Source: Nannocystis sp. SCPEA4 (GTDB lineage: Bacteria; Myxococcota_A; Polyangia; Nannocystales; Nannocystaceae). From it: a stretch of DNA of 64,000 nucleotides. A model generated the notes under the pieces. That model was not told where the DNA came from. It was given only the letters and a program-made list of their open reading frames with translations, and did no database searches. How positions within the stretch are numbered: position 1 is the stretch's first letter; every line of letters begins with the position of its first letter. Positions 56,875 to 64,000 of this stretch are shown here, in pieces. Made by a program: the position numbers and the translations under genes. The stretch lies in the NCBI RefSeq assembly GCF_026626685.1, contig NZ_JAPNJX010000001.1, positions 268,752 to 332,751 of the forward strand, in the 5' to 3' direction.

Positions 56875-59800
56875 ATGGTCGCCTCGACCGGCGCGCCGAC
56901 CTGGCCGGCCCTGCACGCCGCGCCCGGGCTGCGCCCTGCCGACCTGGTCGCCGGCCTCGGCGCGCCGCTGCTGCTCGCCCCGCCGCGCACCACCCCGCGG
57001 CGCCTGACCGGCGGCCAGGCCGAGCCGCCCGCCGGCGAGCCGCCTGCGAGCGAGCCGCCCGCGAGCGAGACGGCCGCGCCGGTCGAGCCTGTCCCTGAGG
57101 ACATGCCCGCTCAGCCAGGGCCTTCGGGACCTGGCCCGACGGGCAGCCCGCTGACGCGGCCGACCCCGAACCTCGCGCCGCCGCCGAGCGGCGACGATCT
57201 CCAGGCCGGTGACGAGGAGGTCGCGCCGGCGCCGGAGCCGACCAACGACAACGCCCCGCCGGTGACGGTGCTGGTGCCCGAGCCGGAGAAGCCCGACCCG
57301 ACCGACGAGGTCCCGCGCTTCCTCAAGGGCAAGAGCGTCCCGCCGTTCTGGATCGACCGCACCTACACGACGCACCGCACGCGCGCGCTGACGCTGCCGC
57401 CGCTGTTCTTCGACCGCCGCGGCACCGCGACCCATCCGGAGAAGCTGTTCCACTTCAACCTGTCCTTAACGACAGGTTGGTACAGCCAGCGCACGGCCAA
57501 GCGGCGGTGGTTGTCGCCGGCGATCCTGTTCTTCGGCTCGTTCAGCGAGCGCACCAGCGGCTGGGGCGCGGTCGCGCTGCTGATGGGCTACAAGCGGGTC
57601 GGCGAGCAGTTCAGCTTCGGCCAGTTCCCGTTCGTGTGGCGGTGGGGCAACAAGTCGGTCAAGAACCTGATCGTCGTCCCCTTCCACTACCACCAGAAGA
57701 CGCCCGACAGCATGCGCGGCTTCTCGGCGGTGCTGTTCTGGTACGGCCACAAGAACACCACCGACAAGGACCCGCTCAACGACCTGCGCTACTTCGTCGG
57801 CTTCCCGCTGTTCTACCGCGTGACCCGCGGCCCGAGCACCGTCAACGTCGGCGTCCCGCTCTACGTCGGCGGGCAGAACAAGGCCCGCGGGGTCAAGTGG
57901 CACACGGTGCTGCCGTTCGTGCACTGGCAGTCGAGCGAGTACGGCAACCGCAAGGACCTGTGGACGCTGCTGTACGTGCAGCGCAGCGACAAGGCCCGCA
58001 GCCTGCGCGCGTGGGCCGTCCCGCCGCTCCTCACGTTCTCGCACCAGACCCCGACGCGCAAGCTGTTCTCGGCCACGCCGCTGGTGTGGCGCGCCGAGAA
58101 CCGCGACCGCGGCAGCGTCGCCTGGTCGGCGTTCCCGTGGGTCAGCTACCGCGACCCGGAGCAGCGCAACCGCGTGCTGTTCCCGCTGTTCTGGCAGTTC
58201 GGCGACCTGAAGGCCGGCGTCACCAGCAGCGTGTTCGTCCCGCTGCTGTACGCGCGCAAGAGCCCGCAGGACACGCGGGTCTACACCCTGCTCGGAGGCG
58301 GTCGCGCCGGCAAGGACGGCCGCTGGGGCTTCGGCATCACCCCGCTGCTGACGTTCGTGCGCAACGAGCCGGGCGGCAAGAGCTTCCAGGTCGTCACGCC
58401 GCTGTTCGGCCACTCGCACGACCCGAGCGCCTACGACGGCAAGGGCTCGCGCACGCTGTCGGCCGGCGTGCTCGGCTTCTACCGCCGCCGCGGCGAGCGC
58501 TGGGACGCCGGCCTCGCCCCGCTCGCGTTCGTCGGCCGCGACGGCACCCGCTCGTACCAGACCATCACCCCGCTGTTCTGGCACCGCCGCGACACCGACC
58601 CGGCCAAGCCGAGCGACCTGTGGGTGCTCGGCCCGATCTACGCCAAGAAGGTCAAGTCCGGCGGGCACGGCGGCCTCGCACCGCTGGTGTTCGCCGGCCG
58701 CGACGACAAGTTCCGCTACGGCATCGTCCCGCCCTTGCTCTTCGGACATGTCCACGACGTCGAGGCCCAGCGCGCGCTGACGGTGTCGCCGCTGTTCGCC
58801 CGCAGCAAGGGCCCCGACCACCGCACGATCGGCGTGCTCAACCTGTTCTGGGACGTGAAGCGCGCCGGCGACGAGCGCCACACCGCGCTGTTCCCCCTCT
58901 TCTACCGGCGCCAGAAGGACGGCAAGGCGCTCACCCTCACCCCGCTGGGCGGCGCCTACCGCACGCCGGAGCAGCGCACCTGGTCGGCCGCGGCGCTCCT
59001 GTACGGCTTCCGCGGCTACAAGGATCCGGTCCGCCGCGGCTTCGGCCTGATCCCGCTGGTGTTCTACGATCGGCGCAAGGTCGAGGGCGGCGTCGCCAGC
59101 AACCTCGTCGTCGCGCCGCTGTTCGCCCGCCACCGCGCGCCCACCGAGGACCTCGACATGTGGTCGCCGCTGGTCTGGCGCACCGCCACCCGCGGCGAGA
59201 AGCCGCGCAAGAACCTCGCGGTCGTCCCGTTCTACTTCCGCCAGCGCCAGCCCGAGGGCATCGACGTCGACGCCGGCCTGCTGCTGCCGTTCTTCTACAG
59301 CCGCGACAAGGTCCGGCGCACGCACACGCTCATCGCCGGCCCGGCGTTCCACCGCCTCACCCGCACCTCGCTCAACGCCGGCGTGGTCCCGGTCTACTGG
59401 TGGATGGACTCGGCGGAGAAGCGGCGCCTGATCTCGCTGCCGCTCATCTTCCACCAGGCCGACAAGGGGAAGAACGAGCACACCACCATCGCCGTGCCGT
59501 TCTGGTTCGACCGTCAGCGGGCCAACGGTCGCCGCTCGTGGGTCGCGTTCCCGTTCGTCGTCGGCGTCAAGGGTCAGTTCAACTTCACGCGCTTCAGCCT
59601 GACCCCGCCGATCTTCTTCGACTTCTTCCGCCTGCACAAGAACTACCGCTTCACCGGCGTGGTCCCGTTCGCGTTCCGCTACCAGAAGTGCGGCTTCCGC
59701 GAGGAGGACGACGATCGTTGCCGCTACACGCTGTGGGGCTCGTGGCCGTTCTTCCTCTACGGCAAGGACGGCAAGGGCCGCACCAGCCACGGCGCGTTGA

Positions 59801-60723
59801 TGCTCTACTACTTCGACAAGGACCCGGGCGGCCGCCGGTTCCTCACCTTGCTGGGCGGCGCCAACGTGCGGCCCGGCGAGCGCCTCACCTGGTACGCGCT
59901 CAACTTCGGCCACACCACCACGCGGCAGTTCAAGACCACCGTCTTCTTCCCGCTGTTCTTCCGCAAGGCCTACCGCACCAAGGATCGCAGCACCACCGTC
60001 GTGCTGCCGCCGCTGTTCGTCGGCGCCCACCGCGAGGACTACCGGTGGTTCCAGGCCGGGCTGATGGTCTGGAACTTCCGCCGGCCGCACAAGGTGACCA
60101 CCGTGGTCGCGCCGCCGCTCTTCTACACCGCGCACAGCTACGCCGAGCGGCGCATGACCTGGCTCTTGCCGCTGTTCCTGCGCGACAACAACTGGGCCAA
60201 GGACACCACCTTCACCAGCGTCTTCCCGGCCCTGGTGTTCCAGCGCCGGCGCGGCCAGGACAACGACTGGGTCCAGTTCCCGCTGATCTGGCACATCGAG
60301 CGCGGCGAGAACTCGGGCACCTTCGGCGCCTTCTTGTGGTGGGACATCCGCCGCAAGGGCCGCGTCACCCAGGTCGTGCCGGCCATCTGGGCCCGCCAGC
60401 GCGGGCGCGGCCGCGAGACCCAGGTCATCGGCCCCGGCCTCGGCTGGTGGTGGCGCACCGAGCAGACGATCAGCGACGCCAAGGGCGACGGCATCGGCGT
60501 CAAGAAGGGCCTCCACTGGCGCGCCCTGTTCGGCCTCATCGGCGGCGGCAACGACGGCGCGCAGCGCTACTTCTCGCTGTTCGGCGGCCGGATCCCCCTG
60601 CGGCCCAAGGCCGTGTGGGAGCCGCGACGCAAGCGCCTCAAGGCCCAGACCCCCGCCGCGCCCAAGGCCCTGCCCCCGGCCGCGCCCAAGGCCCCGGTCG
60701 AGCCCGCCCAGCCCAAGCCCTGA
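56875..60723 (+). CDS. Large (~1280 aa) basic protein composed of ~50 tandem ~22-residue repeats centred on an aromatic-x-P-L-F motif; uncharacterised family
   Basis: GC3 ~97% in this frame over 3.8 kb. Repeats such as LAPLAFVGRDGTRSYQTITPLFWHRRDTD, LAPLVFAGRDDKFRYGIVPPLLFGHVHD, ALFPLFYRRQKDGKALTLTPLGGAYRT. Pro/Ala-rich N-terminal ~170 aa. The start could lie upstream (ORF opens at 56656). Confidence 0.7.
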   Translation: MVASTGAPTWPALHAAPGLRPADLVAGLGAPLLLAPPRTTPRRLTGGQAEPPAGEPPASEPPASETAAPVEPVPEDMPAQPGPSGPGPTGSPLTRPTPNLAPPPSGDDLQAGDEEVAPAPEPTNDNAPPVTVLVPEPEKPDPTDEVPRFLKGKSVPPFWIDRTYTTHRTRALTLPPLFFDRRGTATHPEKLFHFNLSLTTGWYSQRTAKRRWLSPAILFFGSFSERTSGWGAVALLMGYKRVGEQFSFGQFPFVWRWGNKSVKNLIVVPFHYHQKTPDSMRGFSAVLFWYGHKNTTDKDPLNDLRYFVGFPLFYRVTRGPSTVNVGVPLYVGGQNKARGVKWHTVLPFVHWQSSEYGNRKDLWTLLYVQRSDKARSLRAWAVPPLLTFSHQTPTRKLFSATPLVWRAENRDRGSVAWSAFPWVSYRDPEQRNRVLFPLFWQFGDLKAGVTSSVFVPLLYARKSPQDTRVYTLLGGGRAGKDGRWGFGITPLLTFVRNEPGGKSFQVVTPLFGHSHDPSAYDGKGSRTLSAGVLGFYRRRGERWDAGLAPLAFVGRDGTRSYQTITPLFWHRRDTDPAKPSDLWVLGPIYAKKVKSGGHGGLAPLVFAGRDDKFRYGIVPPLLFGHVHDVEAQRALTVSPLFARSKGPDHRTIGVLNLFWDVKRAGDERHTALFPLFYRRQKDGKALTLTPLGGAYRTPEQRTWSAAALLYGFRGYKDPVRRGFGLIPLVFYDRRKVEGGVASNLVVAPLFARHRAPTEDLDMWSPLVWRTATRGEKPRKNLAVVPFYFRQRQPEGIDVDAGLLLPFFYSRDKVRRTHTLIAGPAFHRLTRTSLNAGVVPVYWWMDSAEKRRLISLPLIFHQADKGKNEHTTIAVPFWFDRQRANGRRSWVAFPFVVGVKGQFNFTRFSLTPPIFFDFFRLHKNYRFTGVVPFAFRYQKCGFREEDDDRCRYTLWGSWPFFLYGKDGKGRTSHGALMLYYFDKDPGGRRFLTLLGGANVRPGERLTWYALNFGHTTTRQFKTTVFFPLFFRKAYRTKDRSTTVVLPPLFVGAHREDYRWFQAGLMVWNFRRPHKVTTVVAPPLFYTAHSYAERRMTWLLPLFLRDNNWAKDTTFTSVFPALVFQRRRGQDNDWVQFPLIWHIERGENSGTFGAFLWWDIRRKGRVTQVVPAIWARQRGRGRETQVIGPGLGWWWRTEQTISDAKGDGIGVKKGLHWRALFGLIGGGNDGAQRYFSLFGGRIPLRPKAVWEPRRKRLKAQTPAAPKALPPAAPKAPVEPAQPKP

Positions 60724-60817
60724 TCGGCGCCGGCCGCCGTCTCGAGCAGGGGATGGCTGGCCGCGACGAGCAGTCACGCCTTGCGAATGCAAGGAGGATG
60801 ACAATGCACAGACGACG

Positions 60818-60858
60818 CGTGTGGGCGCGATGCGGTGCACCCGCATCGCGCCCACACG
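60818..60858. terminator. Strong hairpin between convergent genes (likely bidirectional terminator)
   Basis: cgtgtgggcgcgatgcgg-tgcac-ccgcatcgcgcccacacg, a perfect 18-bp stem, followed by tcattctt. Confidence 0.55.
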
Positions 60859-60922
60859 TCATTCTTAGCTCGCGGCCACGAGGGCCCCGGGCGGGCGCCC
60901 GGAGCCCGCGTCACGCCGCTGC

Positions 60923-62665
60923 TCACATCGGCTGGACGCCGCAGTCGTCGACCTCGCTCGGGATGCAGCCCTCGCAGTCCCAGCGGAAGTTGTCGATCAG
61001 CGCCGCGGTCGACAGGTACTGGTCGGACATGTCGGCGAGGAAGAAGCCGACCGTGATCTCGGCGCCCGGCTGCACGCCGCCCTTGGCGGTGAACCAGTCG
61101 GAGCAGGCGTGGCTCTCGAAGCCGGTGCCGGACAGCTGCGGCTCGTTGTTGGTGTAGCCCTGCTGGATGAAGTACGGGTCGAGCGCCGTGATGGTGATCG
61201 GCAGGCCCTTGGTCGGGTCGTTCGGGTCCGGGATGAAGGTGACGTTGCCGCTGTACGGGTCGACCGGCGGGTTCGCGTTCGGGTTGTCGGGCGTCGGATC
61301 GACCTGGTAGGCGATCAGCAGGTCGTTGAACGACGAGTCGACCCACGTCGGCCACTCGGCCGAGCAGAACGCGAACTCGAAGGTGTAGCCGAAGGTCCCG
61401 GGCGGCACGACGGTCTTGAAGCTGAAGTAGATGCGGTCGTTGCCGTCGGCGTAGGTCATCTCCCACTGCGCCTGGATGGTGTCGGAGCAGTCGTTGTCGC
61501 CGGCGCCGTTGTCGCAGTTCTTGAAGGGGGTGCCGCCGGCGCCGTTGTTGCTGCCGTTGACGGCCTTGAACGGCAGGGGCAGCGGCATGTCGTCGGGGTT
61601 GCCGTTGTCGGTGGTGCCCTGGTTGTTGGGCGCCTCGATCACGACGCCCTCGCCGTTCGGCGGCGCGATCTCGCCGTTCGAGATGATGAGGAAGGCGTTG
61701 CCCTCGCGCGGGCTGTAGAGGCGCTGCGGCGGCGTGTTCGCGTCGTTGTCGTGATCGTACGTGTAGTTGCCGTAGCCCTTCGTCACCTGCCAGCTGACGT
61801 TGACCGGGTTCGAGTGCTGGAAGTCGGTCGTGACGATCGAGTTGGCGAGCGTATCGTTGCAGATACCGATCGCCTTCAGCATGTTGGTCTTGTCGCCCTT
61901 GTTGCTGATCACGTCGGGCGCGTCGTCGCACACGATGTAGTTGGCCGGGGCCTGGCAATTCGCCGGGAAGAACGTGGTGCAGTTGTTGAGGCAGAAGTCA
62001 CCGGGGCCGCCGTCGACCTGGTTGCCGTCGTCGCACTCCTCGCCGCGCTCCTTCTTGCCGTTGCCGCACATCGGCGGCGTCAGCGTGCAGTCGGGCTCGC
62101 AGCCGTCGCCCGGCACGTCGTTGCCGTCGTCGCACGCCTCGGGGTTCTCGGTCATGCCGTTGCCGCAGTCCTGCGTCGGCGTCGCGGTCTGGCAGTCGGC
62201 GCTGCACTCGTCCCCGTCCTCGGTGTTGCCGTCGTCGCACGCCTCGCCCTGCTCGACGTTCATGTTGCCGCACACCGCCGTGACGTTGCAGGTCGGCTCG
62301 CAGCCGTCGCCGGGCACGTCGTTGCCGTCGTCGCACTCCTCGGCGCCCTCTTGCACGCCGTTGCCGCACTCCGGCGTCACGGCGGTATCACCCTCCGTGT
62401 CCGCCGCCGTCGTCGTCGTGCCGTCGGTCGTGCCCTGGGTCTCGCCCATGCTCACGCCCGTCGTCGGCGTCGTCGTCGTCGTCGGCCCGGCATCGCTGTC
62501 CGAGTTGCTGCCGGGCGTCGGGTTGTTGGTGGTGATGTTCGTCGAGGCGTCTCCTTCGGTCTGGTTGACGCCGGTCACGTTGTCCACGCTGTCGCCGCAG
62601 GCGACCAGCGCGGTGGCACAGAGGCCGGTGGAGAGCAGTCGTACGATGGGAGTCTTCATGGTCAT
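60923..62665 (-). CDS. Secreted lipoprotein with four 'Myxococcus cysteine-rich repeats' and a conserved ~330-aa C-terminal domain
   Basis: Lipobox LVACG. Repeats CGNGVQEGAEECDDGNDVPGDGCEPTC etc. (C-x-E-x-CDDGN-x-GDGC). The C-terminus ends ...FRWDCEGCIPSEVDDCGVQPM. Confidence 0.8.
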   Translation of the reverse strand: MTMKTPIVRLLSTGLCATALVACGDSVDNVTGVNQTEGDASTNITTNNPTPGSNSDSDAGPTTTTTPTTGVSMGETQGTTDGTTTTAADTEGDTAVTPECGNGVQEGAEECDDGNDVPGDGCEPTCNVTAVCGNMNVEQGEACDDGNTEDGDECSADCQTATPTQDCGNGMTENPEACDDGNDVPGDGCEPDCTLTPPMCGNGKKERGEECDDGNQVDGGPGDFCLNNCTTFFPANCQAPANYIVCDDAPDVISNKGDKTNMLKAIGICNDTLANSIVTTDFQHSNPVNVSWQVTKGYGNYTYDHDNDANTPPQRLYSPREGNAFLIISNGEIAPPNGEGVVIEAPNNQGTTDNGNPDDMPLPLPFKAVNGSNNGAGGTPFKNCDNGAGDNDCSDTIQAQWEMTYADGNDRIYFSFKTVVPPGTFGYTFEFAFCSAEWPTWVDSSFNDLLIAYQVDPTPDNPNANPPVDPYSGNVTFIPDPNDPTKGLPITITALDPYFIQQGYTNNEPQLSGTGFESHACSDWFTAKGGVQPGAEITVGFFLADMSDQYLSTAALIDNFRWDCEGCIPSEVDDCGVQPM

Positions 62666-62864
62666 GGGTCCTCGGGTCTAAGGATCGCGGCCCGCCCACG
62701 CACGCGTGCGCGAACCAACGGAGTCGACCGTAGCGTTTCGGATCGCGAGCGATCGATCAAGCGTGCAAGTCCGCGACGCGCGTCGTCGTGCCAACAAATT
62801 TCACCCGCGAAAACATCGGTGCGCGCCGCCTCGCCGGAGCGACCCGCGCCTCATGCCACAAGAC

Positions 62865-62957
62865 TCACATCGGCTGCACGCCGCAGTCGTTGACCTCGTT
62901 CGGGATGGGAACCTCGCAATCCCACCGGACGTTGTCGAGCAGCGCCACCGGGGTCGG
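62865..62957 (-). pseudogene. C-terminal fragment (~30 codons) of a third paralogue of the Cys-rich-repeat lipoprotein
   Basis: Translates to ...PVALLDNVRWDCEVPIPNEVNDCGVQPM, matching the C-terminus ...AALIDNFRWDCEGCIPSEVDDCGVQPM of the 60923..62665 gene. No upstream coding body remains. Confidence 0.5.
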
Positions 62958-63127
62958 CGCGACGGGTCCCATCCTACGAATCGCCGCGCGACCGCGATGA
63001 TTCGCCGCGATTGCGCGGGAGACGACAATGCACAGACGTCTCGCGCGCGGGGAGCTCGCACGCACTGCGAGCGCAAGCATCATTTCGCCTGCGGCCACGA
63101 GGCCCCGGGCGGGTGCCCGGGGCCGCG

Positions 63128-64000
63128 TCACGCCGTGGTGATCACATCGGCTGGACGCCGCAGTCGTCGACCTCGCTGGGGATGCAGCCCTCGCAGTCCC
63201 AGCGGAAGTTGTCGAGCAGCGCCGCCGTCGACAGGTACTGGTCGGACATGTCGGCGAGGAAGAAGCCGACCGTGATCTCGGCGCCCGGCTGCACGCCGCC
63301 CTTGGCGGTGAACCAGTCGGAGCAGGCGTGCTGCTCGAAGCCCGTGCCGGCCAGCTGCGGCTCGTTGTAGGTGTAGCCCTGCTGGATGAAGTACGGGTCG
63401 AGCGCCGTGATGGTGATCGGCAGGCCCTTGGCCGGGTTGTTCGGGTCGGGGATGAAGGTGACGTTGCCGCTGTACGGGTCGACCGGCGGGTTCGCGTTCG
63501 GGTTGTCCGGCGTCGGGTCGACCTGGTAGGCGATCAGCAGGTCGTTCCACTGGGTGTCGACGAAATTCGGCCACTCGGCCGAGCAGAACGCGAACTCGAA
63601 GGTGTAGCCGTAGGTCCCGGCCGGCACGACGGTCTTGAACGTGAAGTAGATGCGGTCGTTGCCGTCGGCGTTGGTCATCTCCCACTGCGCCTGGATGGTG
63701 TCGGAGCAGTCGTTGTCGCCGACCCCGTTGTCGCAGTTCATGAACGGCGTGCCGCCGGCGCCGTTGTTGCTGCCGTTGACGGCCTTGAACGGCGGAGGCA
63801 GCGGCATGTAGTCGGGGTTGCCGTTGTCGGTGGTGCCCTGGTTGTTGGGCGCCTCGATGACGACGCCCTCGCCGTTCGGCGGCGCGATCTCGCCGTTCGA
63901 GATGATCAGGAACGTGCTGCCCTCGCGCGGGCTGTAGAGGCGCTGCGGCGGCGTGTTCGCGTCGTTGTCGTGATCGTACGTGTAGGTGCCGTAGCCCTTC
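63128..64000 (-). CDS. Paralogue of the Cys-rich-repeat lipoprotein, C-terminal domain only (the N-terminus lies beyond the window end)
   Basis: About 85% identical at the protein level to the C-terminal domain of 60923..62665 (…TFEFAFCSAEWP…DNFRWDCEGCIPSEVDDCGVQPM). The 3' flank (~150 bp) is also duplicated. Confidence 0.75.
   Translation of the reverse strand, partial: EGLRHLHVRSRQRREHAAAAPLQPARGQHVPDHLERRDRAAERRGRRHRGAQQPGHHRQRQPRLHAAASAVQGRQRQQQRRRRHAVHELRQRGRRQRLLRHHPGAVGDDQRRRQRPHLLHVQDRRAGRDLRLHLRVRVLLGRVAEFRRHPVERPADRLPGRPDAGQPEREPAGRPVQRQRHLHPRPEQPGQGPADHHHGARPVLHPAGLHLQRAAAGRHGLRAARLLRLVHRQGRRAAGRRDHGRLLPRRHVRPVPVDGGAARQLPLGLRGLHPQRGRRLRRPADVITTA

Noticed and set aside
57466-60855. 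1129-aa minus-strand ORF
   Set aside because: Antisense to the giant repeat-protein gene, whose plus frame has ~97% GC3 and coherent repeats.

Overview
This is a high-GC (about 70-72%) chromosomal segment that almost certainly comes from a myxobacterium (Myxococcales). The evidence is a MYXO-CTERM-tailed secreted protein, lipoproteins carrying the 'Myxococcus cysteine-rich repeat' (C-x-E-x-CDDGN-x-GDGC), and a FrzS-like pseudo-receiver/coiled-coil protein. The many amylases and the GC content are compatible with a starch-degrading Sorangiineae member, but the species is not determinable from this window.

Gene content, left to right:
- An accessory-like stretch: a GH13 amylase lipoprotein (partial), a divergent SDR/LysR pair, a small membrane protein, a probably frameshifted lipoprotein, a MYXO-CTERM protein, and a P450-TetR pair.
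- A starch/maltodextrin utilisation locus: GH13 amylase, LamB-like maltoporin, second amylase, MalK, a fused MalE-MalF polypeptide, and MalG.
- A roughly 2-kb low-GC (about 50%) island carrying a single AIPR-family abortive-infection gene.
- An S9 peptidase, a ClC channel with CBS/TrkA-C domains, a DUF985 cupin, an ExbD-like protein and a 2Fe-2S ferredoxin.
- A ClpA/B-like ATPase followed by tandem pseudo-receiver genes, the second fused to a long coiled coil (FrzS-like).
- hflX, uppP, queA, a secreted hypothetical, a HEAT-repeat protein, a PqqD(RRE)-Memo fusion, a TetR regulator, a repeat-containing lipoprotein and an HU-like protein with an acidic tail.
- A conserved housekeeping block on the minus strand: udg-coaBC-ribBA-ribE-ribD-nrdR-rpiB-fabF-acpP-fabG-fabD-plsX-rpmF-yceD.
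- A roughly 1280-aa protein made of about 50 tandem ~22-aa repeats.
- A tandemly duplicated Cys-rich-repeat lipoprotein family with a pseudogene remnant.

No rRNA, tRNA or CRISPR array was found.

Two repeat families are superimposed on the genes:
- (i) A roughly 200-bp MITE-like element with ~30-bp terminal inverted repeats, present in at least three copies plus partial and tandem copies.
- (ii) A strongly over-represented short palindrome family (GGACATGTCC / TGTCC-N4-GGACA). It clusters in intergenic regions, and also sits in-frame inside several genes using rare AT-ending codons.

Many long ORFs in the six-frame track are GC-frame artefacts (antisense or out-of-frame) and were rejected.
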